From: Candidatus Sulfotelmatobacter sp.
GTDB taxonomy: Bacteria > Verrucomicrobiota > Verrucomicrobiia > Limisphaerales > UBA11358
Assembly (NCBI GenBank): GCA_035485115.1
Contig: DATHOG010000219.1
Span: 5,075-69,074, forward strand
DNA length: 64,000 bases
Direction: 5' to 3'
In this document: piece by piece, positions 11,968 to 20,708 of the stretch
How positions within the stretch are numbered: position 1 is the first letter of the stretch
How the letters are laid out: each line of letters begins with the position of its first letter
Position numbers and translations under genes: made by a program
The notes under the pieces: generated by a model
What the model was told of the DNA's origin: nothing
Seen by the model: only the letters and a program-made list of their open reading frames with translations
Databases searched by the model: none

Positions 11968-13412
11968 CTTGCCGGCACATCCTCCGCGCTGAATTTGCTG
12001 GCCTGCTCGAAGCGCGTAAACGGTTTCAGGAACGTCAGATCAACATCGCCGGTCGGGCCGTTGCGTTGCTTGCCGATCACCAGCGTCACGGCACAGCCAT
12101 CGTTTTCGCTGGCCTTCAGCTCGTCGTCGTTCACATCCGGCCGGTAAAGGAACGCCACCAGGTCAGCATCCTGTTCGATGCTGCCGGATTCGCGCAGGTC
12201 GCTCATGCGCGGTTTGCGGTTTTTTTCCTTCTCGATGTCGCGATTCAATTGCGCCAGCACAACGATTGGCACATTCAATTCCTTGGACAACGCCTTGATG
12301 CCGGAAGACACCTCCGCCACTTCCTGCTGACGATTCTCCTTGGCCTTTTTGCTCGTGCTGTGCATGAGCTGGAGGTAGTCCACCACGAAAAGCTTTATGC
12401 CATGCTGCTGATGCATCCGGCGCGCCCGCGCGCGAAACTGAAGGATGGATAAAGCCGGCGTGTCGTCGAAGTGCAGCGGGGCCGCGTTGATCTTGCCGGC
12501 CGCATTTTGTAGCTTCGGAAAATCCGTCTCTGTCATGAATCCGTCGCGGATATTCCGCAGGTTCACCTTCGCCAGCGAACAGATCATGCGCAGCACCAAA
12601 GACTCGGCCGTCATCTCCAGGCTGAAGATTCCCACCGGCAACTTGACGACCAATGCCACGTGTTCCGCGATCTGGGTGGCGACGCTCGTCTTCCCCATTG
12701 CCGGCCGCGCCGCAATGACGATCATTTCGCCGCCGTGCAAACCGTCCGTCATTTTATCCAGGTCATCGAAGCCCGTAGCGATGCCGCTGATCTCGCCCTG
12801 GCGCTGAAAATACATATCAATCTTGCCGATGGCTGCGTGCACGAGGTCGTTCGTCTTCAGCGACCGGCCGCCCACGCGGGCTTCGGCGATTCTAAAAAAC
12901 TCCTTTTCCGATTCATCCAACAGATCTTCCACTTCGCCTTCATTATCGAAGATGCGTCCAACGATGCCGGTGCAGGTGACCATCAGCCGGCGCAACAGGA
13001 ATTTATCCTTCAGCTTTTCGAGATAGAACGAACAATTGGCCGAGCTTGGCACCACATCCTGCAACTGGCTCAAATACGCGATGTCGCCGATCTGTTTCAG
13101 TAGATCACGATCCTTCAGATGCTGTTGCACCGTCATAATTTCGACCGGCGTGCGCGCCTCGAACATCGCCACGAGGGTTTCATAAACCGTTTGATGCCGC
13201 AGATCGTAGAACGCCAGCTTGCCGTCGTCCTTCAACGCCTCGATGCACAGCGCGATGCATTCGTTCGGATCGAGCAGGCAGCAACCGAGGACGCCCATCT
13301 CCATCTGAAGATCATGCGGCGGCAGCCGGTCCACAGTCGGCGTGACCGCCCGGTCGCCACGACGCCGGGCCTTTTTCAGATCAGCAATCGGATTGGAGAT
13401 TGAATCAATCAT
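11964..13412 (-). CDS. dnaB: Replicative DNA helicase DnaB (phage-encoded)
   Basis: 482 aa; N-terminal PPHDLQMEMGVLGCCLLDPNE; Walker A ARPAMGKTS; Walker B FVVDYLQLM; full DnaB N- and C-domains. Confidence 0.9.
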   Translation of the reverse strand: MIDSISNPIADLKKARRRGDRAVTPTVDRLPPHDLQMEMGVLGCCLLDPNECIALCIEALKDDGKLAFYDLRHQTVYETLVAMFEARTPVEIMTVQQHLKDRDLLKQIGDIAYLSQLQDVVPSSANCSFYLEKLKDKFLLRRLMVTCTGIVGRIFDNEGEVEDLLDESEKEFFRIAEARVGGRSLKTNDLVHAAIGKIDMYFQRQGEISGIATGFDDLDKMTDGLHGGEMIVIAARPAMGKTSVATQIAEHVALVVKLPVGIFSLEMTAESLVLRMICSLAKVNLRNIRDGFMTETDFPKLQNAAGKINAAPLHFDDTPALSILQFRARARRMHQQHGIKLFVVDYLQLMHSTSKKAKENRQQEVAEVSSGIKALSKELNVPIVVLAQLNRDIEKEKNRKPRMSDLRESGSIEQDADLVAFLYRPDVNDDELKASENDGCAVTLVIGKQRNGPTGDVDLTFLKPFTRFEQASKFSAEDVPAR

Positions 13413-13415
13413 AAA

Positions 13416-13781
13416 TCACCAGCTCACCAAATGCGGTTTGCCTGGCAGCGGCAGACCATAGGTTTGGATGAAAAACACGCGCAGATGGTCGGCGCTGGCG
13501 AAGCCATCCGCTTTAGCCAGGCGTTCCTGTTCTAATAATGAAAGCTTCCTGCCGCCAACGATGATGTCTTTCGGGGTGATCTGGATCGGCTGACAAGCCC
13601 GGCAAGCGGGCTGTTTCAAACATTGGCATTTGCTGGACCGCATTCCGGTGAAAAGGTTCAACGGATCGCCCTTCTCCGGCGGCAATGTTTTGCCGAAGAT
13701 GCGGATGGTGGATGTCTTCACGCCGCTTTGCACCATCGGCGCGAACCGAGCTTGAAAATTGAACGTGTTTTGTTTTCTCAT
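13416..13781 (-). CDS. ASCH-domain-like protein
   Basis: MRKQNTFNFQARFAPMVQSGVKTSTIR resembles the ASCH N-terminal motif; high GC3 in this frame; start uncertain (ATG 13781 or GTG 13808). Confidence 0.5.
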   Translation of the reverse strand: MRKQNTFNFQARFAPMVQSGVKTSTIRIFGKTLPPEKGDPLNLFTGMRSSKCQCLKQPACRACQPIQITPKDIIVGGRKLSLLEQERLAKADGFASADHLRVFFIQTYGLPLPGKPHLVSW

Positions 13782-14031
13782 AAATTTTGCTGTGCTTGTA
13801 TATGACACATTTGATCAGGTGTTGCTTTTCCATCCATTCAATGCAGTCTGCGACCTGGTATTCGTTCGGTACGAGTAACGGCCAACGGCGTTGCAACGCG
13901 ATACTGATTTGCACGGTTGAGAACCGGCCCGGCCAGCCGGCGACGAGCCGGCGGATCGCACCGGCCACGCCGCCCCGTTGGAACACGAGGTCGGCAATGG
14001 CTGCGATGCGTGCGTTTTCCCTTTCGCCCAT
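13513..14031 (-). CDS. Hypothetical phage protein; only the 5' ~230 nt look coding
   Basis: N-terminal ~80 aa have coding-like GC3. The remainder overlaps the ASCH gene out of frame with poor GC3. Confidence 0.35.
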   Translation of the reverse strand: MGERENARIAAIADLVFQRGGVAGAIRRLVAGWPGRFSTVQISIALQRRWPLLVPNEYQVADCIEWMEKQHLIKCVIYKHSKIYEKTKHVQFSSSVRADGAKRREDIHHPHLRQNIAAGEGRSVEPFHRNAVQQMPMFETARLPGLSADPDHPERHHRWRQEAFIIRTGTPG

Positions 14032-14044
14032 GTTGATGTCTGGA

Positions 14045-14716
14045 TCATTTCTTCTTGGTGAAAACCTTTGCCGCCGCGACTTGGAGTTCCACGAATTGGT
14101 CGATCCACTCGACCGCTTTCTTGGCGAAGGGATTTTTTTCCGGTATGCCGCCCGGACGTATTTGGAGGAAGTAGCGTTCCGCCATGCGGCTCGCGTTCGG
14201 TTTTAAAATTCCAAGATTTTCGATCTGGCATTTGCGGCCATTGGCAATGGTGCCAACCAGGCATGCGCATTCGCCCGTATAAGTCGAACCATTGACTTTG
14301 CCATCAACCAACGCCTTGCGCAGGAACTTAACTTCATCTGGAACGGTGAGGAGAATGGACCAGAGATCGTCGCGGCATTGAATGAACCATTGTTCAGGAA
14401 TTGCCTTGAACGATTTTTCGTCGAAGCTGCTGTTGTCGAAGCTGCTGTTGTCGAAGCGGCTGTTGTAGAAGCGGCTGTTGTCGAAGCGGCTGTTGTAGAA
14501 GCTGCTGTTGTCGAAGCGGCTGTTGTCGAAGCTGCTGTTGTCGAAGCGGCTGTTTTTGCAGTTCACTTCAATGCCAGAAAAATCCTTATCAGATAGATCT
14601 GCACATTCGAATTTCTGACCAGCCTCAACTGCGGCCTTGAACGCAATTTTCCAATCTGCTCCCTCCAGCGTGAACATCACTTTTTTGGTGATCCAGTTTT
14701 TAATCTCGAATTTCAT
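14045..14716 (-). CDS. Pentapeptide-repeat protein with C-terminal globular domain
   Basis: About 10 consecutive NS[RS]F[DY] pentapeptides, encoded by nine near-identical 15-nt DNA repeats; N- and C-terminal non-repeat domains. Confidence 0.85.
   Translation of the reverse strand: MKFEIKNWITKKVMFTLEGADWKIAFKAAVEAGQKFECADLSDKDFSGIEVNCKNSRFDNSSFDNSRFDNSSFYNSRFDNSRFYNSRFDNSSFDNSSFDEKSFKAIPEQWFIQCRDDLWSILLTVPDEVKFLRKALVDGKVNGSTYTGECACLVGTIANGRKCQIENLGILKPNASRMAERYFLQIRPGGIPEKNPFAKKAVEWIDQFVELQVAAAKVFTKKK
14421..14555. repeat. Nine tandem 15-nt repeats (TCGAAGCKGCTGTTG) inside the pentapeptide gene
   Basis: Direct reading: units at 14421, 14436, 14451 ... 14541 differ at only 1-2 positions. Confidence 0.95.
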
Positions 14717-14760
14717 TTTTTCTCCTGTTTGTTTTGGTTAATGGTTGATGGTGAAAATTT

Positions 14761-15240
14761 TTAGACCTTCGCTTTGGATTCATCCCACGCAATCTTGATG
14801 GACGATTTGGCGATTCCCTCTTTGTCCGTGGCCACACAGGCGGTGATGAATTTCGGCGCGAGTTCCTGACCGAAAACCGCAACCGCCCGCGCGCGAAATT
14901 TTTTGCCGCTGTCGAAAAGGTTCTCGAATTTTCTGACCGGCTTGAAAAACTCCAGCACTTTTCTGGTGTCTTGAATGGACATATTGATTTTTGCATGGCG
15001 CGGACTGCCGTACAAAAATTCACCCACGATCAAATCGGCTGTGAGGACAACCGGCACGATGCGGCTGCTACCTTGCGCGAGGAATTGACGCCCTTCGCGG
15101 TCCGCATCGTTCAGTTCCACCTGGTCACCATCAAGGCCGGCCTGCTGAAGGCGGGCCTCGATTTGCTTCAGCTCGGTTTTGAGCTTTTCCATCTGGTCGC
15201 GGATTTCCAGTCCACGATCCACGTCGGCCTTGATGCTCAT
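14761..15240 (-). CDS. Hypothetical phage protein with N-terminal coiled coil
   Basis: 159 aa; ATGA overlap with the upstream gene. It sits where Mu has gam, but I see no convincing similarity. Confidence 0.5.
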   Translation of the reverse strand: MSIKADVDRGLEIRDQMEKLKTELKQIEARLQQAGLDGDQVELNDADREGRQFLAQGSSRIVPVVLTADLIVGEFLYGSPRHAKINMSIQDTRKVLEFFKPVRKFENLFDSGKKFRARAVAVFGQELAPKFITACVATDKEGIAKSSIKIAWDESKAKV

Positions 15241-15455
15241 GACAACCTCCCCTGGAGAATGGCAATGCGGCGGTCGATCTTGTCCGCTGTCCGGGTGCCG
15301 GCGCGGTTGGCGCGTCTAAGGCAGGTTTCCGCCTTTCGTATCTCGCCGGAGAGCCGTTTCACTTCAGCAGTCCAGTCCAGGCAGACCTTGTGGCGGGCGG
15401 CGCGGAGGGTTTTTATCTCGTGCCGGATTTCCTTTTTCATGTTCAGTTCACTCAT
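15237..15455 (-). CDS. Hypothetical small coiled-coil phage protein
   Basis: 72 aa, packed in the operon. Confidence 0.45.
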   Translation of the reverse strand: MSELNMKKEIRHEIKTLRAARHKVCLDWTAEVKRLSGEIRKAETCLRRANRAGTRTADKIDRRIAILQGRLS

Positions 15456-15480
15456 ATTTCCTTTCGGGTTTTGTTGTTGG

Positions 15481-15681
15481 TTAAATGGTGTCGCCGCCGC
15501 ATGCGGACCAGCGGTTGTTTTCGGCGTCGATCAGTTTTTGAATCGCGTCCAGGGCATCGCTCGTGCCGCCGGCCTCGGCACAGGCGTCCTGGCGGCGGTT
15601 TAATTCGCGCAGTCGCCCGAGGTGCTGGCGTCGCGCGAGTTCGGCACGCTCAATGCCGGATTGAAATTCGGCCTGGCTCAT
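15481..15681 (-). CDS. Hypothetical small phage protein
   Basis: 66 aa, overlaps the upstream stop by 4 nt. Confidence 0.4.
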   Translation of the reverse strand: MSQAEFQSGIERAELARRQHLGRLRELNRRQDACAEAGGTSDALDAIQKLIDAENNRWSACGGDTI

Positions 15682-15893
15682 TGCACACCCCGCTTTTGCA
15701 GAATCACCGTGGCGGCGGCGTGGTTGATCTTGGCGGCGGCGACCTCGCTGAAATCTTCCGCCGTGGCCATGCGCTCGGCGGCCTCATGTTGCAGGTTGTC
15801 GAGAAACTGGCTCGGCTTGGAGTCCAGGTAACGGTACTGGTCCTGATATAATTTCAGGAACCGGCTTTTGATGACTTCGATTTCAGTGTTCAT
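15678..15893 (-). CDS. Hypothetical small phage protein
   Basis: Internal ATG (MNTEIEVIKSRF) of ORF 15678..16136, placed 3 nt after the upstream stop. Confidence 0.45.
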   Translation of the reverse strand: MNTEIEVIKSRFLKLYQDQYRYLDSKPSQFLDNLQHEAAERMATAEDFSEVAAAKINHAAATVILQKRGVQ

Positions 15894-15895
15894 GA

Positions 15896-16081
15896 TTATT
15901 TTGCGGTCGACCAAAGAAGACAGCAGCGCGTTGCGCTGTCGCGGAAACGGTACGGGCCTTTGAGCTTTGCGCCGGGCGGCAATTTCGGTTTGCGTTTGGT
16001 GCTGCCGAGGATGGAAAATTTCCCGTCGGCCGTGCGGATGGCAAAATAGTGTTTCGCCACGGTGAATAATTCGCGGGTCAT
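15896..16081 (-). CDS. Hypothetical small phage protein
   Basis: 61 aa, ATGA coupling. Confidence 0.4.
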   Translation of the reverse strand: MTRELFTVAKHYFAIRTADGKFSILGSTKRKPKLPPGAKLKGPYRFRDSATRCCLLWSTAK

Positions 16082-16326
16082 TTTTTCTCCTGTAGTTGGG
16101 GCAGTTCCGGGGTGGCGTTGGCCGCGACCAGCTCATGCATGGCTTTGAACCAATCCTTCGGCAATACGGCGCGACTCAATTTGCGCGGGACGAAGTTGCA
16201 GGACAGTTCACCGCATCGCGGGCAAGGCACGTTTTTTTGATCCGTGCGCTCATACGACATAAAAATGATGTCGTCGCACTTGCCATCGCAAAACCAATGG
16301 CCTTCGGATGGAGCTGGCAGGCCCAT
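16078..16326 (-). CDS. Zinc-ribbon phage protein
   Basis: CDGKC...CPRCG motifs; 82 aa. Confidence 0.5.
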   Translation of the reverse strand: MGLPAPSEGHWFCDGKCDDIIFMSYERTDQKNVPCPRCGELSCNFVPRKLSRAVLPKDWFKAMHELVAANATPELPQLQEKK

Positions 16327-16328
16327 AA

Positions 16329-17423
16329 TCAGCGCGGGGCGAATTTCTTGATGCGGTTCATCTCCAGCACGGATTTCTCAACGGCCCGTTCAACCTCAAC
16401 GAGCGTGGCTCCCGTGGATTTTGCCAGCCGTTTGGCCACGCGGTTGATCAGGCTGAAGTGACCAAATTCCGAGGCTGACCGGGCGATGATGTCCAAAGCC
16501 GCATCGCGGTCCTCGAACTGGTCGGCTTCAAAAAACAGGCCCGCGTCCTCGCTGTTGATCACGGTGATCTTGATCACCGCCCGCGTGCGCCGGTCCAGTT
16601 GATCCGCCTCGTCCGGGCAGTAGGCGTGCATGTTCTTGTCCGCAATCGGCGTGTTGGTGATGAACAGCACCAGCTTGGAGCGGTTCAGCAGATCGATGAA
16701 CAGGTTGAGCGCGTAGGTGCGCAGGAAGCGGCCCTCTTCCAGGAAGATCAGGTACGGCCGTTTTTGAAGGAAGTCCACGATCATATCTTCCACCGCCGGC
16801 ACCGAATCCAGCTTGATCTGGTCCTTGGTATCCGTCCCGCTGCCGTGCCTGGTCTGGCGGTACTCTTCGGGAATGCGGATTTTAAGACCGTCGCAAATAT
16901 CCTTCAGCACCACCGTCTTCGCACGCTGGCGCATGTCGCGGGATGACGGCCGCCACGAATCGCGGCAGTTCACCAGCCCCATCGTGAAATCATTTTTCAG
17001 CTCCTTCTGGAGATAGGGAAACAGCGTGCTCTTTGAAGCGCCGGTCGGGCCGATGTACTGGAAGCAACGCTCGGCCGTCTTCACGTTCTTCAGCGCACGC
17101 GCCATCTTGGCCGCACCCACGAAATAAGAGATCGGCTTGATGACCGTCTCCACCACCGAAAACTTTTCGCGCTTCTGGCGCGGCAGATCGTCCACGAACT
17201 CCGTAACATCGGCCATCAAGGTTTCAGGGTCGTTGATTTTGTTGAAGTAGCTCGTTGCGTCCTCATCCAGCGCATCCAGGATTTGCGAGAGCTTGCTCGG
17301 CGTGCCGATGGTCTCGTTCCCGAAATCGCGCACGAACTCGTTTTGATTGTCGCCGGACTCGGCCTTGAGCTTCAACAGCACCAGGCGTTGTTCGGGGTTC
17401 GGCTTCCAGTTATTTTTTGGCAT
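16329..17423 (-). CDS. MuB-like AAA+ ATPase (transposition target-capture protein)
   Basis: 364 aa immediately downstream of the transposase; Walker A GPTGASKST; Walker B YLIFLEEG; N-terminal HTH-like segment. Confidence 0.75.
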   Translation of the reverse strand: MPKNNWKPNPEQRLVLLKLKAESGDNQNEFVRDFGNETIGTPSKLSQILDALDEDATSYFNKINDPETLMADVTEFVDDLPRQKREKFSVVETVIKPISYFVGAAKMARALKNVKTAERCFQYIGPTGASKSTLFPYLQKELKNDFTMGLVNCRDSWRPSSRDMRQRAKTVVLKDICDGLKIRIPEEYRQTRHGSGTDTKDQIKLDSVPAVEDMIVDFLQKRPYLIFLEEGRFLRTYALNLFIDLLNRSKLVLFITNTPIADKNMHAYCPDEADQLDRRTRAVIKITVINSEDAGLFFEADQFEDRDAALDIIARSASEFGHFSLINRVAKRLAKSTGATLVEVERAVEKSVLEMNRIKKFAPR

Positions 17424-17447
17424 GTTCCTCCTTTTTTTGGTTGTCGG

Positions 17448-19634
17448 TTAAACGTCATCTTCGGACAAAATGTCTTGCAGGCAATCCGGCTCCGGCTCAA
17501 GCGCGGGCGGATTCTGTTGATTGGCTTTGGCGGTCGGTTTGATCGATGCCAGCCCTGCGCTCACGGCATTCCCGTTAAGAGTGCCTACGGCACCTGGCGC
17601 GTCGGTGACCACGATGAACTTCTTCAACTCGTCATTGTGCGCGCGCAGGGCATCCAGGCCGGTGCGTTCCGGCGCGGCCAGCTCCATCGCCACGGCCGTG
17701 GCGGCGGCGCGGGCCGCGTGCGTGTAGCGCAAGGCTTCGGCCAAAGCCTCGCGGTCCAGATACGCGGTGCGTCCGACCTGATACCAGGTGCCGAGAATGC
17801 GGCCGTCGCCGGAAGTGAGATGCAGGAACTGCGGATCGTTCCGGTGAAAATAGCAAAGCACCTTAGTCCCTGGCGCGAGCGGGTCGCCCGCGTGGCAGAA
17901 CGTTTTCGCTTCGCCGTCGATGTCGATCTTGATCTGGCCCTTGGCGGTCACGTATTCAACGCGCTCGTTGTGTTCGAGGAAGGTCTTGATGATGTCCGGC
18001 GAGCAACGGGTCCATTGATCGGCCGGCACGGCACGGATCAGCTCGGCGGCGCGTTCCACGGGCATCTGCATGCGCGGCTTCAACCATTGCGCGCCCGGCG
18101 GCAATGGATGCGGCGCGGTGTGGCTCGGCTGGCGTTTGCCATCGGCGTCGAGCCATTCCAGGACTTTGCCGAATCCCTCGATGTCATGTTCCGTGCGGAA
18201 ATTTTGATCCAGGCAAAACTGGCGGATGTACTTGTCAGATTCACCGTGCAAAACCGTGAGCGGATATTTCACATCGCCGCGTTTGTGTTCCGGCAACCGG
18301 TTGCGCATCTTCCAGATTTCCTTGCACTCCTTGATGCATGAATTGAGTTCAGCCGGCCGGATGCTGTAATGCGCGCCCGTCTGACCCGGCAGGAATGATC
18401 CTCGCGTATGCAGCAGGCGGTTGCCGGCTTCGTGGTCGCCCTTGCCACCGGAATTGCCCTTGGCCTTTTCCTTGTAGCCACGCGGACGGCTGGCGTTGCG
18501 GAAATCACCCTTCATGCTGTCGCCGATCATTGAGGTGTAGTGAACCTTGATCCGGTTGTTGAAGAGTTCGCCCAAGGCGAGCTTCACGGCCTCTTCGAGT
18601 GTCGCCGTGCCACGTTCAACGATCCAATGCACGAGATAGGGCGGCAGCGGATAAGTCTCCAGCAGTTGCGCCGCCAGCTCTTTCATCTGTTGCGCGCCCA
18701 GGTGCGAAGCCTTGCCTTCTTCGTCAATCGTTGCGGGATGCTTGACGTAGCCGAGGATCAAGCCCGTCGCCCGGTCGCGCGCCACGAGCAACCAAAGGTC
18801 TTCGGCCTCGCCGGTCGCTTCGTTGAAAACCAGCCAGTCCAATTTCACGTCGTCGAACGTGACGATTTCGAGAAAACGCAGATCACCCTTTTTACCGAGC
18901 ACGCCGGGCAATAGCGACCGGGCGGCGGATTCGCCTTCGTGCAACAAGGCGCGGACGGCCGGCGTGAAGCGGCCACGGCCCTTGATCTGGCGCAGGATAT
19001 TGTCGTAGCTCCAGCCAACGGGGAAAATTTCGCGGTTGCGATTTTTCCAGCCGGCTTCATAACCGGCGATGACGGCCTCGTTGCCCTGTTCATCTCTGCC
19101 GGTCTTCCATTGCCGTTTAAGGCTCAATAAAGCCTGCTTCTTGCCGTCGTTGCGTTTGTACTGGCCAAAGCGGATTTCGACCAGCTTAAGAAATTCCTCG
19201 GGCAATCCGGCTGTGCCCATCCGGAAGGATCGCCAGCAGGCGGGGGCTTTTGCGCAATTCACCAGGACCACCCAATCGCGCACCTTTGCCCAGGCATCAT
19301 ACTTTTGACGAAAGGTCGCCAGCTTCCAGTTCCAAGTTTTGTAAACCGCCAGCGCCTGCTTGCATGCCGCCTGGACGGAAAATTGATCCTTCACCAAACC
19401 CGCCACGTAATGGACGGCCCGCACCAGCGCCTTCAGCTCGCCCTGCAACTTCGCCGGCAAGGTGATGAGCAAATGTTCCTCGCCGAGGTAATGCGGCCGG
19501 GCATCACGCGTGGCCAGGTACTGCGAAACATTCGCCACCGGCTGAACCGCCGCCGCCAGACCAAGGCCGGCAAGCACGGACGTTTCACGTGGAACAATTG
19601 CGCCGCCGTTGGTTGTGGTGAGGTCGGAGATCAT
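17448..19634 (-). CDS. MuA-like DDE transposase
   Basis: 728 aa from the ATG at 19634 (ATGA overlap with the upstream ORF); rve-type core (FDDVKLD ... LLVARDRATG ... IVERGT) and a long C-terminal domain; followed by the MuB-like gene. Confidence 0.85.
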   Translation of the reverse strand: MISDLTTTNGGAIVPRETSVLAGLGLAAAVQPVANVSQYLATRDARPHYLGEEHLLITLPAKLQGELKALVRAVHYVAGLVKDQFSVQAACKQALAVYKTWNWKLATFRQKYDAWAKVRDWVVLVNCAKAPACWRSFRMGTAGLPEEFLKLVEIRFGQYKRNDGKKQALLSLKRQWKTGRDEQGNEAVIAGYEAGWKNRNREIFPVGWSYDNILRQIKGRGRFTPAVRALLHEGESAARSLLPGVLGKKGDLRFLEIVTFDDVKLDWLVFNEATGEAEDLWLLVARDRATGLILGYVKHPATIDEEGKASHLGAQQMKELAAQLLETYPLPPYLVHWIVERGTATLEEAVKLALGELFNNRIKVHYTSMIGDSMKGDFRNASRPRGYKEKAKGNSGGKGDHEAGNRLLHTRGSFLPGQTGAHYSIRPAELNSCIKECKEIWKMRNRLPEHKRGDVKYPLTVLHGESDKYIRQFCLDQNFRTEHDIEGFGKVLEWLDADGKRQPSHTAPHPLPPGAQWLKPRMQMPVERAAELIRAVPADQWTRCSPDIIKTFLEHNERVEYVTAKGQIKIDIDGEAKTFCHAGDPLAPGTKVLCYFHRNDPQFLHLTSGDGRILGTWYQVGRTAYLDREALAEALRYTHAARAAATAVAMELAAPERTGLDALRAHNDELKKFIVVTDAPGAVGTLNGNAVSAGLASIKPTAKANQQNPPALEPEPDCLQDILSEDDV

Positions 19635-19813
19635 GAATTTGAATGAACCGATTGGGTGCGATATGTCCGAACGTCGCAGGCGTAGTTTGAGCAGTTCATA
19701 TCGGACGAATCCTTGCGCTTGGTCCCTTTCTGGCCGCACGCCGGACATTTACCGCCCGATGAGAGCTTGAATTTTTCCAGAGGCTTTTTGCCATGCGTTA
19801 ACACCCTGCTCAC
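19631..19813 (-). CDS. Small zinc-ribbon protein
   Basis: 60 aa, CPACG...C..YAC. Confidence 0.45.
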   Translation of the reverse strand: MSRVLTHGKKPLEKFKLSSGGKCPACGQKGTKRKDSSDMNCSNYACDVRTYRTQSVHSNS

Positions 19814-20025
19814 TTGCCACCTCCACGGCGTTTGGAATTTTTTGGGATGTACGCCTCCAACTTTTTTTGAGCCTCGCGCAGAGAGGCGGCCAGTTCGAAG
19901 TCCTGGATCACGATGGCCCGCTCCTTCAGATTTTTCAAAAAGCGCGACCAGCCGGCGGCGTGGCGGGGAAACTGATCAGGAACACGCCAATACATTCCCG
20001 GCTTGAGCTTGGACAATTCTTTCAC
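19810..20025 (-). CDS. Small phage protein with UVR-like motif
   Basis: GTG at 20025 preceded by GGGAGG and overlapping the upstream TGA; FELAASLREAQKKL resembles a UvrB/C-type motif. Confidence 0.45.
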   Translation of the reverse strand: MKELSKLKPGMYWRVPDQFPRHAAGWSRFLKNLKERAIVIQDFELAASLREAQKKLEAYIPKNSKRRGGGK

Positions 20026-20705
20026 GACTGACCTCCCTTCCGTGCGGCCTTGATGCGCTTGAGAAAACCGGACAGTGTGTCGCAAGCATCGGCCAGTTTG
20101 TCCTGCACCTTTTCCGGCAACATCCCGCCGTTCTTCGCATCGGCCGCCTGATGCAGCCATTCAATGGTTTCCATCGCCGTTTCTTCCAGTTCGTTCAGCC
20201 GTTCCTGTTCGGCCTTCTCCGCCGCCTTAGCGCGCTGTTCCTTCGTAAGCCCCTTCGAGCCTTTGAGCTGGCCTTTGCCCCTCGGCTTTTCCGGGTCTTC
20301 CGGATCGGGCTGCTTGAACTCCATGAAGAGCTGCTGTTGGGTCTTGCCTTCGACGAGCTGCGCAATCTGGTCCGGCAATTTCCCCGTTTTGGCAAATGTC
20401 AGGAAATCTGATATTTGAAATTTGCCGGTTTCGCAGACGCCCGTCGCCAGGCGCATATAGGTCGCCACGGTTTCGTTGGAAATGTTCGGCAGGTTGGCCG
20501 CGAGCCACGGACGGAACTGCCCATGCGGGATGCTCTTGTCTTCCTTGCCGCGCGCTTTGATATGGTTCAGGAACATCCCCATCCAGACCGCGCGCTTCGT
20601 CGCGTCCGTGAAAAGGGAATGCACGCGCTCGAAATTTTCGAGCAGCATGTGTTTGGCCTCGTCATGCCACTTGGGCGCGACCTTTGATAATGATTTTTTG
20701 CTCAT
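20022..20705 (-). CDS. DUF3102-like phage protein
   Basis: IPHGQFRPWLAANLPNISNETVATYMRLA resembles the DUF3102 signature common in Mu-like early regions; acidic/basic coiled C-terminus. Confidence 0.65.
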   Translation of the reverse strand: MSKKSLSKVAPKWHDEAKHMLLENFERVHSLFTDATKRAVWMGMFLNHIKARGKEDKSIPHGQFRPWLAANLPNISNETVATYMRLATGVCETGKFQISDFLTFAKTGKLPDQIAQLVEGKTQQQLFMEFKQPDPEDPEKPRGKGQLKGSKGLTKEQRAKAAEKAEQERLNELEETAMETIEWLHQAADAKNGGMLPEKVQDKLADACDTLSGFLKRIKAARKGGQS

Positions 20706-20708
20706 GGT

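Noticed and set aside
14421-14555. CRISPR-like or satellite array of 15-nt repeats
   Set aside because: There are no spacers. The repeats are in frame and encode the pentapeptide-repeat tract of a clear ORF.
14761-15240. Mu Gam (host-nuclease inhibitor) assignment for the 159-aa coiled-coil early protein
   Set aside because: Only the position and the N-terminal coiled coil agree. I could not recognise Gam/Ku-like sequence features, so it is left as hypothetical.
17283-18341. Long antisense ORFs opposite real genes: 17283..18341, 21223..22161, 5825..6874, 6906..8372, 28208..29779, 32396..33724, 32722..33720, 45968..47002, 47752..48756, 57585..58826, 60429..61733, 25374..26078, 26092..26766, 52851..53813, 54294..55001
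   Set aside because: Their Arg/Gly/Ala/His-rich low-complexity translations are typical of the antisense frame in GC-rich DNA. Each lies opposite a gene with clear family motifs.
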